The notes: generated from the sequence alone by a model not told the origin. Positions 12,716 to 22,853 are shown, numbered from the stretch's first letter. The stretch: DNA of 64,000 nt from an uncultured Chromatiales bacterium (GCA_965602395.1 CBFCYW010000004.1:5643-69642); one strand, 5' to 3'. Numbers and translations are program-made.

Positions 12716-12855
12716 GGAAGCTCTGCAAATCGTAGCGAGCGCAGCCCGGCCAAGGCGGAAACCGGCGAAAAAGCACAGTTTACGCAGGGTAAATGAGCAT
12801 TTTGAGCCTGTTTCCAACGCTGGCCGGGTAAGCGCAGCAGTTTTGCAGAGCTTCC
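12716..12855. repeat. ~140-bp element bounded by perfect 14-bp inverted repeats (GGAAGCTCTGCAAA / TTTGCAGAGCTTCC) with imperfect subterminal repeats; sits between convergent glxA-like and cysS
   Basis: The terminal arms are exact reverse complements. The inner arms GCGCAGCCCGGCCA / TGGCCGGGTAAGCGCAGC are nearly complementary. The AT-richer core differs from surrounding composition. The right arm abuts the cysS stop codon. Confidence 0.4.
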
Positions 12856-14295
12856 TCAGCCGCGCCGCCAGCTGGTGCCACCGGCGCCATCCTCCAGCAC
12901 CACGCCCTGCGCCTTGAGCAGATCGCGGATGCGGTCGCTTTCGGCCCAGTCTTTTGCTGCGCGGGCTGCAGCTCGTTTGGATATCAGATCTTCTATTTCG
13001 TCAGATGATATTCCACCCTGGGCCAGAGTCGCTGTGCCAAAAGCCTCGGCAGACGGAATGCTGACAGGTCTGATCTCCTGCTTGAGATGGCTATCTGCAT
13101 CGTTTTGCAGAATGCCAAGCCGCCCACCAAGCTCACGAAGTAAAGCACCAAGCCCAGCCGCTCCTTCTGCATTTCCGGCATCACGCGCTCGATTGACCGC
13201 ACCGGCCAAACTAAACAGCACAGCCAAGGCTTCTGGGGTGTTGAAATCGTCGTCCATCGCGGCGGCGAAGCGCTGCTGCCAGTCGCCGGCCCGGCTGGCC
13301 ACGGCATCCGCCGGCTGGCCGCGCAACGCGGTGTACAGGCGGGTCAGCGCGGCGCGCGCGGCGTCGAGCGGCTGCTGCGAATAGTTGAGCGGGCTGCGGT
13401 AGTGGCTGGAGAGAATGAACAGGCGCAGCTCCTCGCCGCTGTAACCGGCGGCCATCACGTCGCGGATGGTCGAGAAGTTGCCCAGCGATTTGGACATTTT
13501 CTCCTCGTTGACGCGCACGAAACCGTTGTGCATCCACAGGTTGACGAAGGTCTCGCCGGTGGCCGCCTCGCTCTGCGCGATCTCGTTTTCGTGATGCGGG
13601 AATTGCAGGTCGGCACCGCCGCCGTGGATATCGAAATGATTGCCCAGGCAGCAGGTGGACATCGCCGAGCACTCGATGTGCCAGCCGGGGCGACCCTCGC
13701 CCCAAGGCGATGGCCAGCTCGGCTCGCCGGGTTTGGCGGCCTTCCACAGGACGAAATCCAGCGGGTCGCGCTTGGCCTCGTCGACCTCGACCCGCGCGCC
13801 ACTGCGCAGCTCGGCGGGCTTTTTGCCGGAGAGCCTGCCGTAGCCGGCAAAGCTGGCCACCGCGTAGTAGACATCGCCGTTGTCCGCCGCGTAGGCGTGG
13901 CCGCGCCGGATCAGCGTCTCGGTCATGGCGATGATCTGGTCGATGTTGTCGGTGGCGCGCGGCTCGACGCTCGGCGGCAACACGCCCAGCGCCGCGCAGT
14001 CCTCGTGCATGGCGGCGATGAATTCGGCGGTCAGCTCATCCATCGACACGCCGCGCTCGTTGGCGCGGTTGATGATCTTGTCGTCGATATCGGTGATATT
14101 GCGCACGTAGGTGACATCGTAGCCACTGGCCAGCAGGTGGCGATAAACCGCATCGAACACCACCAGCACGCGGGCGTGGCCGAGGTGGCAGTAGTCGTAG
14201 ACCGTCATGCCGCAGACGTACATTTTCACCCTGCCGGGTTCGATCGGGGTAAAAACCTGCTTGTCGCGCGCCAGACTGTTGTAGATCTGCAGCAT
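12856..14295 (-). CDS. cysS: cysteine--tRNA ligase
   Basis: 479 aa; HIGH-type motif [15 protein letters not shown]; KMSKS; C-terminal anticodon-binding region; conserved cysS-ppi-lpxH neighbourhood. Confidence 0.95.
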   Translation of the reverse strand: MLQIYNSLARDKQVFTPIEPGRVKMYVCGMTVYDYCHLGHARVLVVFDAVYRHLLASGYDVTYVRNITDIDDKIINRANERGVSMDELTAEFIAAMHEDCAALGVLPPSVEPRATDNIDQIIAMTETLIRRGHAYAADNGDVYYAVASFAGYGRLSGKKPAELRSGARVEVDEAKRDPLDFVLWKAAKPGEPSWPSPWGEGRPGWHIECSAMSTCCLGNHFDIHGGGADLQFPHHENEIAQSEAATGETFVNLWMHNGFVRVNEEKMSKSLGNFSTIRDVMAAGYSGEELRLFILSSHYRSPLNYSQQPLDAARAALTRLYTALRGQPADAVASRAGDWQQRFAAAMDDDFNTPEALAVLFSLAGAVNRARDAGNAEGAAGLGALLRELGGRLGILQNDADSHLKQEIRPVSIPSAEAFGTATLAQGGISSDEIEDLISKRAAARAAKDWAESDRIRDLLKAQGVVLEDGAGGTSWRRG

Positions 14296-14494
14296 CGCCG
14301 TTCCGTGTCGAAGGTGGTTTCGGGGTCGCGCATGTTAACCAAGTTTGGCGACGATTACCGCCAACCGCTGCCGCGGCTCCTGCCGCTGTCCGGATCGCCA
14401 TCACCAGCGCCGCCGGAAGTGTCGCCAGCGCCGCTTTGCTGCACCTGCGAATGCGCTTAACATTGCCGACCTGTCCAAACCCGGGGATCTCCTC

Positions 14495-15082
14495 ATGCCG
14501 TCATCGCGTCCCATCCGCACCCTGCACGCACTGCTCGCCGGTACCGCACTGCTACTCGCCAGCACCGGCCACGCCGGCCCGAAGGTCAAGTTGCAGACCA
14601 GCCTCGGCGATCTGGTCATCGAGCTGGACAGCGAGCGCGCGCCTATCTCCAGCGCCAACTTTCTCGAATACGTCGACAGCGGCTTCTACGACGGCACCCT
14701 GTTTCACCGCGTGATCCCCGGCTTCATGGTTCAGGGCGGCGGTTTCGACGCCAACTACCAGCGCAAGCCGACCCGCGATCCGATCAAAAATGAAGCCGAC
14801 AACGGTCTGCAGAATGTCCAGTACAGCGTCGCCATGGCGCGCACCCAGGCGCCGCACTCGGCCACCGCGCAGTTCTTTATCAACAACGTCGACAACAGCT
14901 TCCTCGACCACCGCTCGCCGACTCCGCGCGGCTGGGGCTACGCGGTGTTCGGCCGGGTGGTCGACGGCGAAGACGTGGTCGAGGCGATCAGCGGCGTGCC
15001 CACCGGCAGCGCCGGCCCCTTCGCCAAGGACGCGCCGCAGCAGCCGGTGCTGATCGAAAGCGCCGTACGCGTCGCCGAATAG
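14495..15082 (+). CDS. ppiA: peptidyl-prolyl cis-trans isomerase A (periplasmic cyclophilin)
   Basis: Signal peptide [27 protein letters not shown] followed by the cyclophilin core [15 protein letters not shown]; start taken at the internal ATG of the 245-aa ORF. Confidence 0.85.
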   Translation: MPSSRPIRTLHALLAGTALLLASTGHAGPKVKLQTSLGDLVIELDSERAPISSANFLEYVDSGFYDGTLFHRVIPGFMVQGGGFDANYQRKPTRDPIKNEADNGLQNVQYSVAMARTQAPHSATAQFFINNVDNSFLDHRSPTPRGWGYAVFGRVVDGEDVVEAISGVPTGSAGPFAKDAPQQPVLIESAVRVAE

Positions 15083-15127
15083 CGCGCAGCCAGCGGCAAC
15101 AGAACCCCCACCTCCACGAGGCCCCAC

Positions 15128-15622
15128 ATGATTCGCATGCAGACCAATCACGGCGAGATCGCCATCGAACTGGACCACGACAAGGCGCCCAACACCTGCG
15201 CCAACTTCGAGCGCTACGTGCGCGAGGGCTTCTACGACGGCACCCTGTTCCACCGCGTGATCCCCGGCTTCATGATCCAGGGCGGCGGCTTCGTCCCGGG
15301 CATGCAGCAAAAAGCCGCCCACGAGCCGATCCAGAACGAAGCCGACAACGGCCTGAAAAACGTCACCGGCAGCCTCGCCATGGCGCGCACCCCGGACCCG
15401 CACTCGGCCAGCTCGCAGTTCTTCATCAACGTCAGCGACAACGACTTCCTCAACTACACCGCGCCGACCCAGAACGGCTGGGGCTACTGCGTCTTCGGCC
15501 GCGTGGTCGAGGGCATCGAAGTAGTCGAAACCATCGCCCAGCAGACCACCGGCACCCAGGGCATGCACCAGGATGTGCCGCAGCAGGACGTGCTCATCGA
15601 ATCGGTGCGCATCGAGGACTGA
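15128..15622 (+). CDS. ppiB: peptidyl-prolyl cis-trans isomerase B (cytoplasmic cyclophilin)
   Basis: 164 aa; no signal peptide; [14 protein letters not shown]...[15 protein letters not shown]...[13 protein letters not shown] closely parallels E. coli PpiB. Confidence 0.92.
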   Translation: MIRMQTNHGEIAIELDHDKAPNTCANFERYVREGFYDGTLFHRVIPGFMIQGGGFVPGMQQKAAHEPIQNEADNGLKNVTGSLAMARTPDPHSASSQFFINVSDNDFLNYTAPTQNGWGYCVFGRVVEGIEVVETIAQQTTGTQGMHQDVPQQDVLIESVRIED

Positions 15623-15632
15623 GCACCGCCGC

Positions 15633-16361
15633 GTGGCCGCGCTGTTCATCTCCGACCTGCACCTCGACCCGCAGCTGCCGGCCACCGTCGACGCCTGCCT
15701 GCGGCTGCTGCGCGGGCCGGCGGCCGACTACCCGGCGCTGTACATCCTCGGCGACCTGTTCGAGTACTGGATCGGCGACGACGCCCCGGCCCAAGCGCTG
15801 GCGCCGGTGCTCGACGCGCTGGCCGCGCTGGCCGCGCGCGGCACCGCGCTGACGGTGATGCACGGCAATCGCGACTTCCTCCTCGGCGACGACTTCGCGC
15901 GCCGCTGCGGCTGCCGGCTGGTCGCCGACGATCAGCTGCTGGAATGCATCGGCGGCGTGCCCAGCCTGCTGCTGCACGGCGACACCCTGTGCACCGATGA
16001 CATCGACTACCAGCGCTTTCGCGCCAGCGCGCGCGACCCGGCCTGGCAGGCAGACTTCCTCGCCCGGCCGCTGGCCGAACGCCGCGCCATCGTGCAGGGG
16101 CTGCGCGACAAAAGCCGCGCGGCGATGCGCGACAAGCAGGCGCAAATCATGGATGTCAACGCCGATGCGGTGGCTGCGGCGATGCGCGAGCACGGCGTGC
16201 GCCGGCTGATCCACGGCCACACCCACCGCCCCGCCCTGCACCGCTTCACGCTGGATGGCGACGCCGCCGAGCGCTGCGTGCTCGGCGACTGGCGCGCCGA
16301 CGGCGCGATGCTGGCGCGCTGCGATGAGAACGGCGCGCTGGAGCTGTTTCGCTGGCGCTGA
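15633..16361 (+). CDS. lpxH: UDP-2,3-diacylglucosamine hydrolase LpxH
   Basis: GTG start gives VAALFISDLHLD (E. coli MATLFIADLHL); calcineurin-like metallophosphoesterase motifs GDLFEYW, GNRDF, HGHTHRP; immediately downstream of ppiB as in E. coli. Confidence 0.88.
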   Translation: MAALFISDLHLDPQLPATVDACLRLLRGPAADYPALYILGDLFEYWIGDDAPAQALAPVLDALAALAARGTALTVMHGNRDFLLGDDFARRCGCRLVADDQLLECIGGVPSLLLHGDTLCTDDIDYQRFRASARDPAWQADFLARPLAERRAIVQGLRDKSRAAMRDKQAQIMDVNADAVAAAMREHGVRRLIHGHTHRPALHRFTLDGDAAERCVLGDWRADGAMLARCDENGALELFRWR

Positions 16362-16391
16362 GCGGCGCGAGGCCGCGATGACAGCGGCGAG

Positions 16392-17549
16392 CTATCCGGC
16401 CGGCAGACAGAAGCGGCCGATCAGCTGCCGCAGCAGCTGGCGCATCGGCTCGATGCGCTCGGCGGCGAGAAACTCATCCGGCTGATGCGCCTGGGCGATA
16501 TCGCCCGGCCCCAGCACCACCACATCCATGCCCAGTTGCTGGAAGTACGGCGCCTCGGTGCCGAAGGCGACCGACTCGGCACTGTAGCCGGTGAGCCGCT
16601 CGCAGGCGGCCACCAGCGGCGAGTCGGCGGCGGTCTCCATCGGCGGCACGCCCTCGAACAGATCGAGAAACTCGACCCGCAGCGCGCTGCCGTCCAGCGC
16701 CGCGCCGAGGCGATGGCGCAGCAGGCGGCGCAGCTCGGCCGGGTCCATCCCCGGCAGCGGGCGCAGATCGAAGCTCAGCTCGCACTGGCCGCAGATGCGG
16801 TTGGGGTTGTCGCCGCCGTGGATGTGGCCGAGGTTGAGGGTCGGCACCGGCACCGCAAAGCTGTCATTGCGGTACTTCTCCTGCAGTTCTGCGCGGAAGG
16901 CGAGCAGCTCGCCGATCAGCCGGTGCATGCCCTCCAGCGCGCTGGCGCCGTAGGCCGGATTGCTGGAGTGGCCGCTGCGGCCGATGACCCGCACCCCCTC
17001 CATGAACACGCCCTTGTGGGCGCGCACCGGACGCAGATTGGTGGGCTCGCCGATCAGCGCGAACTGCGCCTGCGGCTTGTTTGCATCGAGCAGCGCGCGG
17101 GCGCCGGCCATGCCGGTCTCCTCGTCCGCAGTAGCGAGCAGGATCAGCGGCGCGGAAAACCTGCCGGCGTCGAACTCGCGCACCACGTCGAGGGCGATGC
17201 CGAGGAAGGATTTCATGTCGCAGGTGCCCAGCCCGTAAAAGCGGCCGTCGCGCTCGTGCAGCGTGAAAGGGTCGGATTGCCACAGCTCGGGATCGCAGGG
17301 CACGGTGTCGCTGTGGCCGGCCAGCACCAGCCCGCCCGGGCCGCTGCCAAGGGTGGCGATCAGATTCCAGTGGCCTTCGCGCGCGGTGGGCAGCAGCTCG
17401 CAGCGAAAGCCCAGCGACTCGGCCCAGCCAGCGAGCCGCTCGATCAGCGCCCGATTGCTCATATCCAGCGCCGGCGACACGGCGCTCACCGAAGGCGATT
17501 CGATCAACCCGGCGAGCAGCTCGCGCAGGCTGGGGAAGGACTGACTCAT
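16392..17549 (-). CDS. argE: acetylornithine deacetylase (M20 peptidase family)
   Basis: Start at MSQSFPSLRELLAGLIESPSVS; M20 motifs HSDTV, ATADEETG, GEPT; co-linear with E. coli ArgE. The upstream 59 codons of the ORF-track frame look like non-coding high-GC read-through. Confidence 0.8.
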   Translation of the reverse strand: MSQSFPSLRELLAGLIESPSVSAVSPALDMSNRALIERLAGWAESLGFRCELLPTAREGHWNLIATLGSGPGGLVLAGHSDTVPCDPELWQSDPFTLHERDGRFYGLGTCDMKSFLGIALDVVREFDAGRFSAPLILLATADEETGMAGARALLDANKPQAQFALIGEPTNLRPVRAHKGVFMEGVRVIGRSGHSSNPAYGASALEGMHRLIGELLAFRAELQEKYRNDSFAVPVPTLNLGHIHGGDNPNRICGQCELSFDLRPLPGMDPAELRRLLRHRLGAALDGSALRVEFLDLFEGVPPMETAADSPLVAACERLTGYSAESVAFGTEAPYFQQLGMDVVVLGPGDIAQAHQPDEFLAAERIEPMRQLLRQLIGRFCLPAG

Positions 17550-17819
17550 CGGCGGCGACTCCCGGTGGTGTTGCCCCACATTATGCCCGCCGCCGCCCCG
17601 CCCCGGCGAGCACCCTGCGACGCCGCGCTCAGGCGTCGGTGCGGGTTTTCTGCGGGTCATAAACGGGCGTGCGCTCGACCGTCGCGGCGCAGGCGAAGTC
17701 CACCTCGCCGCCGGCGAGCGAGTCACCGTGCGCGGCGACGATGCCGGCGCTGCGCGCGTTCTTCAACTGGATCGTCGCCGAGGCGGCGGGCTGATCCGGC
17801 GGGCCTGCCCGCCGGGCAC

Positions 17820-17854
17820 AAAAAAACCCGGCGACCGCGAAGCCGCCGGGTTTT
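17820..17854 (-). terminator. rho-independent terminator downstream of the cytochrome c gene pair
   Basis: AAAAAAA, stem CCCGGCG / CGCCGGG with a 10-nt loop, then TTTT; on the minus strand the hairpin is followed by TTTTTTT. Confidence 0.65.
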
Positions 17855-17883
17855 GTCGCGCCTGCTGGCCGCGCGCTGCTGTG

Positions 17884-18216
17884 CTAGCGCTCGACCGGGG
17901 TACGCAGGCCGTCCTGCGCGGCGAAGTAGGCGGCGATATCCTCCATGTCCTGCTCGGACAGTGGCGCCGCCATGCCGGCCATGATCGGATTCTGGCGAAC
18001 GCCGGATTTGTACTCCTGCAGGGCGCGCACGAGGTAGTCGGCGTGCTGGCCGGCGAGCGTCGGGTTGATCGGGATCGCGCTGTTGCCGTCGGCGCCGTGG
18101 CAGGCGGCGCAGGGCGCGGACTTGGCCTTGCCGGCGGCGGCGTCACCGCCCGCCTGGGCGGACAGCGGCAGGCTGGCGGCGGCGAGCAGGGCGATGGCTG
18201 CAATTGCCTTGTTCAT
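17884..18216 (-). CDS. monoheme class-I cytochrome c (c4 half-domain / c552-553-like) with signal peptide
   Basis: Start at MNKAIAAIALLAAASLPLSAQA; single CAACHG heme-binding motif; downstream Met ligand region NPIMAGMAAPLSEQDMEDIAAYFA. Confidence 0.8.
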   Translation of the reverse strand: MNKAIAAIALLAAASLPLSAQAGGDAAAGKAKSAPCAACHGADGNSAIPINPTLAGQHADYLVRALQEYKSGVRQNPIMAGMAAPLSEQDMEDIAAYFAAQDGLRTPVER

Positions 18217-18226
18217 ATTCTGCCCC

Positions 18227-18559
18227 TCACTCGGCGTTGGCGAAGTACGCCGCGATGTCGGCCATGTCCTGCTCGGACAGGGACGCCGCATTGGCGTGCA
18301 TGGTTTCGTGGCCGCGCTGGCCGGCCTTGTAGGCCTTCAGGGCGGCGACGAGGTATTCGGCGTGTTGACCACCCAGCTTCGGCACCTTGTAGGTGGGATG
18401 GGCGTTGGTGTAGTTGGGGATGCCGTGGCAGCCGAGGCAAGTCTCGGCCTTGATGCGCCCCTGCTCGGCGTCACCGGCGGCGAGCGCGCCGGTGGCGGGC
18501 GCCAGGGCCAGCACGGCGGCCAGCGCGGCGGCGCGGCTCAGTCGGGTGGTTGCTTTCAT
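18227..18559 (-). CDS. monoheme class-I cytochrome c (c4 half-domain-like) with signal peptide
   Basis: Start at MKATTRLSRAAALAAVLALAPATGALA; CLGCHG heme motif; SLSEQDMADIAAYFA tail paralogous to the neighbouring gene. Confidence 0.8.
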   Translation of the reverse strand: MKATTRLSRAAALAAVLALAPATGALAAGDAEQGRIKAETCLGCHGIPNYTNAHPTYKVPKLGGQHAEYLVAALKAYKAGQRGHETMHANAASLSEQDMADIAAYFANAE

Positions 18560-18809
18560 TGTGTCCTGCTCAGTTGTATTGGCGGCGGCGGACGCGCGAC
18601 CGTGCTCGTCGCTTCCCGCCCGCCCCGGCGGATGCTTTCTTGGCGGATAGTTTTTTCGCGCGTGGGCGATTCTACGTTTACTCGCCGGCATTTCAACTGT
18701 GCGGCGCCGCAAGCGCGGCGCAGACCGGTGACCGCGCGATATCCGCAGCGGTCGTCACAATGCCGGCACAGAACCGGCACAGCGACCCGCCGCAGCGCTG
18801 CGCGCCCGG

Positions 18810-20738
18810 TTACTCGGCCAGCGCCAGCAGCATGCCGTTGAGGCGGCGCACGAAGCCGGCGGAATCCTCCAGCTGGCCGCCCTCGGCGAGTACCGCCTGG
18901 TCGAACAGCAGCTGCGACCACTCCCCGAAGCGGTCCTCATCCGCCTCGCCGTCCATGCGTTTGAGCAGCGCGTGTTCGGCGTTGATCTCCAGCGCCGGGC
19001 TGCTGCTGGGCACGGCGTGGCCGACCTGCTTCATCAGCTGCTGCATGTGCAGCGCCATATCGTGCTCGCCAGCCACCAGACAGGCGGGAGAGCTGGTCAG
19101 GCGATCGGAGACGCGCACCTCGCTGACCTGCTCGCCGAGTGCCGACTGGATGCGCTCCAGCAATGGCTTGGCGGCTTCGGCGGCCTGCTCGCGGGCTTTT
19201 TTTCTGTCCTCGTCGTCGCCGGACAGATCCAGCTCGCCCTTGGCCACCGAGCTGAACGACTTGCCAGCGTATTCGGAGAGGTGCGACATCATCCACTCGT
19301 CGACCCGATCGCCCATCAGCAGCACTTCGATGCCCTTGTCGCGGAACACCTCCAGATGCGGGCTGTTGCTGGCCGCGGCGAGGCTGTCGGCGGTGATGTA
19401 GTAGATCTTCTCCTGGCCCTCCTGCATGCGCTCGATGTAGGCATCCAGCGAGGCACCGGGCTGCTCCGCGCCCTCATCGGCGGTGGAGTGAAAGCGGCAC
19501 AGCTTGAGGATCTGCTCGCGATTGGCGAAGTCCTCGGCCGGGCCTTCCTTGATCACCTGGCCGAACTCGGCCCAGAAATCGGCGTACTTGTCCGGCTCTT
19601 TTTCGGCCATCTCTTCGAGCAGGCCCAGCACGCGCTTGACGTTGCTGCCGCGGATCGCCTCGATAACCTTGTTGGATTGCAGGATCTCGCGGCTGACGTT
19701 GAGCGGCAGATCGTTGGAATCGACCAGCCCGCGCACAAAGCGCAGGTAGCGCGGGATCAGCTTCTCCGCGTCGTCCATGATGAACACCCGCTGCACGTAC
19801 AGCTTGATGCCGTGCATGTGGTCGCGGTCGTACAGATCGAAGGGCGCGCGCGCCGGCAGATAGAGCAGCGAGGTGTATTCGTACTTGCCCTCGACGCGGT
19901 TGTGGCTCCAGGCCAGCGGGTCTTCGAAATCGTGGCAGACCTGCTTGTAGAAGGCGCGGTACTCATCGTCGTCGATATCGCGCTTGCTGCGCGTCCACAT
20001 GGCGCTGGCGCTGTTGACCGTCTGCCACTGGGGCTGTGGCGGCTCGGATGGCTGATCGTCCTCGCCCTCCTCTGCCGGTGGCGCCGGCGGCGTCTCCAGC
20101 ATCTGCACCGGGAAGGTGATGTGGTCGGAGTATTTCTTGATGATGCTCTTCAACCGCCAATCGTCGAGGAACTCATCGCAATCCTCGCGCAGGTGCAGCA
20201 CCACCTCGGTGCCGCGCTCGGCCACCTCCAGCTCGCTGATGGTGTAGCCGCCGCTGCCGTCGGACTCCCAGCGGGTGCCGGCATCGGCCGGATCACCGGC
20301 GCGGCGGGTGCTCAGCGTGACCCGGTCGGCGACCACAAAAGCCGAATAGAAGCCGACGCCGAACTGGCCGATCAGCGCCGCATCCTGCTGCTGGTCGCCG
20401 GTCAGCGATTCGAGGAATTGCCTGGTGCCGGATTTGGCGATAGTGCCGATGTTGGCGATCACCTCGTCGCGGCTCATGCCGATGCCGTTGTCGCGAACCG
20501 TCACGGTGCGCGCCTCGCGATCGACCGAGACGCGCAGGCGCAAGTCGCCGTCATCCTCGTACAGCGAGTTGTCGGAAAGCGCCTCGAAGCGCAGCTTGTC
20601 GCAGGCGTCAGAACCGTTGGAGATCAGCTCGCGCAGGAAGATCTCCTGATTCGAGTAGAGCGAGTGGATCATCAGCTTGAGCAGCTGGCTGACCTCGGCC
20701 TGAAATTCCATCGTCTGGCTGTGTGCCTCGGTACTCAT
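18810..20738 (-). CDS. htpG: molecular chaperone HtpG (Hsp90)
   Basis: 642 aa; N-terminal GHKL ATPase motifs ([34 protein letters not shown]); full-length co-linearity with bacterial Hsp90. Confidence 0.95.
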   Translation of the reverse strand: MSTEAHSQTMEFQAEVSQLLKLMIHSLYSNQEIFLRELISNGSDACDKLRFEALSDNSLYEDDGDLRLRVSVDREARTVTVRDNGIGMSRDEVIANIGTIAKSGTRQFLESLTGDQQQDAALIGQFGVGFYSAFVVADRVTLSTRRAGDPADAGTRWESDGSGGYTISELEVAERGTEVVLHLREDCDEFLDDWRLKSIIKKYSDHITFPVQMLETPPAPPAEEGEDDQPSEPPQPQWQTVNSASAMWTRSKRDIDDDEYRAFYKQVCHDFEDPLAWSHNRVEGKYEYTSLLYLPARAPFDLYDRDHMHGIKLYVQRVFIMDDAEKLIPRYLRFVRGLVDSNDLPLNVSREILQSNKVIEAIRGSNVKRVLGLLEEMAEKEPDKYADFWAEFGQVIKEGPAEDFANREQILKLCRFHSTADEGAEQPGASLDAYIERMQEGQEKIYYITADSLAAASNSPHLEVFRDKGIEVLLMGDRVDEWMMSHLSEYAGKSFSSVAKGELDLSGDDEDRKKAREQAAEAAKPLLERIQSALGEQVSEVRVSDRLTSSPACLVAGEHDMALHMQQLMKQVGHAVPSSSPALEINAEHALLKRMDGEADEDRFGEWSQLLFDQAVLAEGGQLEDSAGFVRRLNGMLLALAE

Positions 20739-20777
20739 CGGCAGGGGCTCCGTAGGTGTTGCTGTGGATCGGCAGCC

Positions 20778-20805
20778 AACTTGGGGGCGGCGGCGACGAA
20801 TTCAA
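20778..20805 (-). promoter_or_regulatory. candidate sigma-32 promoter for htpG
   Basis: Minus strand reads CTTGAAT-(12 nt)-CCCCCAAGT, about 40 nt upstream of the htpG start; htpG is a canonical heat-shock gene. Confidence 0.4.
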
Positions 20806-20825
20806 GCGGCCGACCACCGACGCGA

Positions 20826-22730
20826 TCAATCCTGAGCTGCGTCGCCGCCCACATCCCCGGCGGCGCGCGGCGCCAGCAGCAACTGCTGCATGCGCTGGCG
20901 CAGCACGGCGCGGCGCTCCGGCTTGTCGGTCTCATCCAGCAGGGTCTGGTAGAGGCGCCGCGCGTCGCCCACCAGCCCGGCGTCGGCCAGCGTCTCGGCA
21001 GCGCGATAGCGCGCCGACTGCCCCCACTGGTCGCGGCCGCCGGTCTCCAGCAGCGTTGCCGAGCGCAGATAGCGCCAGGCCGCCTCGCTGTAGCGGCCGA
21101 GCGCGGCCAGCGAATCGGCCTGCCAGAAATGCAGCTCGCGGTGCTGGCGCGGCGTCACCAGGCGCGGCTGCAGACGCTGCATCAAACCGATCGCCGCCTC
21201 GTGGGATTCAACCGCCTGCAGATCGAAAACCACCTGCAGCAAGCGGTCGATCTGCTCGGCATCGAGTTGCGACTGCTCATCGAGCAGCGTCTCCAGCGCC
21301 GCAACACCGGCCTCGATCTGCCCGCCGATGACCAGCACGCGAGCGCGGCGCAAGCGCCAGGCAAAGGCGTCGACACCCTCCGGCAGGCGCTCCAGCGAGG
21401 CCAGCAGCCGCGAGGCCAGCGCGATGTCCTCGCGGCCCAGGGCCTCGTCCACCAGTCGCTGGCGCAACGCCACCGGCAGCTCGTCGAGCGTCGCGAAGCG
21501 CGCCTGATCGAGAAACAGCAGCAGCACCAGATCGGTGTCGGCCGCACCCTCGCCGGCACTGCTGCCGCCGCTGGGCTCGATCGCGGCGACGCGCTCGGCG
21601 AGCCGGATCAGCGCGCGCTCGCGCGGCCCCGCTGCGGCCTGCTCGGCGAGCAGCGCCAGCAGCGCACGGGCCTTCACCGGCGTGTTGGCCGCGGCCGCCG
21701 CATCGACCGCCGCCAGCCAGCCGCGCTCGTCGCCGCTGAGCAGCTGCGCGCGATTGGCGGCCTGCTCGCCGTATTCGCGCCAGGCGCGCCACAGCTCGGC
21801 GGCATCCACCACCGGCAGGGCATCGCCACCGCGCCGCGCACCGGCCAGCAACAGCGCCTGCTCGGTGGCGTGGGCGGCCAGCCCGGGGTTGTCGCGACCG
21901 CGCGCAGCCTCGGCGGCGACCCGCCAGTAATCGGCGCGCATCGCACGCGGATTGGCCGGGTTGCGGGCGCGCTCGCTGGCGGTGACCCAGACCTTGCCGG
22001 CGGCCAGATCGCCGGCGCGCAGGCGCGCCAGCAGCAACAGCGCGCCGGGCAGCGCCTGGCGCTCGGCCGCGGACAGCGCCAGCACCCGCGAGGCCAGCCC
22101 GGAGCGCAGCCAGACCTCGGCGCGCAGCTGCGCCCACTCGGCGTCCTGCCCGGGGTAATCCTGCTGGTAGCGACGCAGGGCGAGGCGCGCGTCGTCGATG
22201 CGATCGCCGATCAGATAGGCGCGGATCACCAGCCGCCGCCACAGCGCCAGTTCGGCGGTGTCGGCGCGCGCACCGTGGCGCCAGATCAGGCCGCGCAACT
22301 CGGCCAGCGCCTCGTCGGCGCGCTGCTCCTCCAGCCACAGCCAGGCGCGCTGGCCGAGTGCCCAGCGCTGCAATTTCACCGGCAGCCGATGGTGTACTTC
22401 GCGCAGCCGCTCGCGGGCCTTGGCCCATTCCTGCCAGCGATTGAGGATGCCGAGGCGGCCGCGCTCGTACTCGAACCAGCCGGCGAGATCGTCCTCGGCC
22501 GCCGGCTGGCGGCGGTCGAGCAGTGCCAGCGCCAGCCCCGGCGCACCACTGGCGGCGATGTGCTCGATCTGCGCCAGCGGCGTGTCGTCCGCCGCACCGG
22601 CCGGCGGTGCCAGAGCGAGCATTGCGAGCAGCAGCGCGACCAGCGGCAGAACCCGCCGGCGCCGCGGCTGGCAGCGCGGCTGGCAGATCGGCGTGAGTGG
22701 ATGATGGAGCGGGCGGTGGCTTGCGGGCAT
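20826..22730 (-). CDS. hypothetical secreted protein, Ala/Arg/Leu-rich (~634 aa), probably all-helical TPR-like
   Basis: The frame stays open across 1.9 kb. Start chosen at MPASHRP, followed by the predicted signal peptide RRVLPLVALLLAMLALAPPAGAA. Repeated W/R/A/L helix-like segments. No recognisable catalytic motifs. Confidence 0.55.
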   Translation of the reverse strand: MPASHRPLHHPLTPICQPRCQPRRRRVLPLVALLLAMLALAPPAGAADDTPLAQIEHIAASGAPGLALALLDRRQPAAEDDLAGWFEYERGRLGILNRWQEWAKARERLREVHHRLPVKLQRWALGQRAWLWLEEQRADEALAELRGLIWRHGARADTAELALWRRLVIRAYLIGDRIDDARLALRRYQQDYPGQDAEWAQLRAEVWLRSGLASRVLALSAAERQALPGALLLLARLRAGDLAAGKVWVTASERARNPANPRAMRADYWRVAAEAARGRDNPGLAAHATEQALLLAGARRGGDALPVVDAAELWRAWREYGEQAANRAQLLSGDERGWLAAVDAAAAANTPVKARALLALLAEQAAAGPRERALIRLAERVAAIEPSGGSSAGEGAADTDLVLLLFLDQARFATLDELPVALRQRLVDEALGREDIALASRLLASLERLPEGVDAFAWRLRRARVLVIGGQIEAGVAALETLLDEQSQLDAEQIDRLLQVVFDLQAVESHEAAIGLMQRLQPRLVTPRQHRELHFWQADSLAALGRYSEAAWRYLRSATLLETGGRDQWGQSARYRAAETLADAGLVGDARRLYQTLLDETDKPERRAVLRQRMQQLLLAPRAAGDVGGDAAQD

Positions 22731-22853
22731 GTGAGTTTTCCGGAGGGCGAACGCAAAACGGCGGGCGCCCCTGGCGAGGCGCCCGCCGCACAGATTACCG
22801 CGCAAACCGCGCTTTGTCGGCAGCCGCCGCTCGCCGGGCTGCCGCGCAGCGGC

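Noticed and set aside
17629-17790. Possible small minus-strand ORF (22-45 aa from GTG/TTG) between argE and the cytochrome terminator
   Set aside because: No ATG, no convincing RBS, and no recognisable motif. It lies in a promoter/leader region, so it was not called.
17728-18841. Plus-strand ORFs (241 aa, 258 aa) and minus ORFs overlapping the cytochrome c genes
   Set aside because: The cytochrome genes have signal peptides, CXXCH motifs and a downstream terminator. The overlapping frames are high-GC artefacts.
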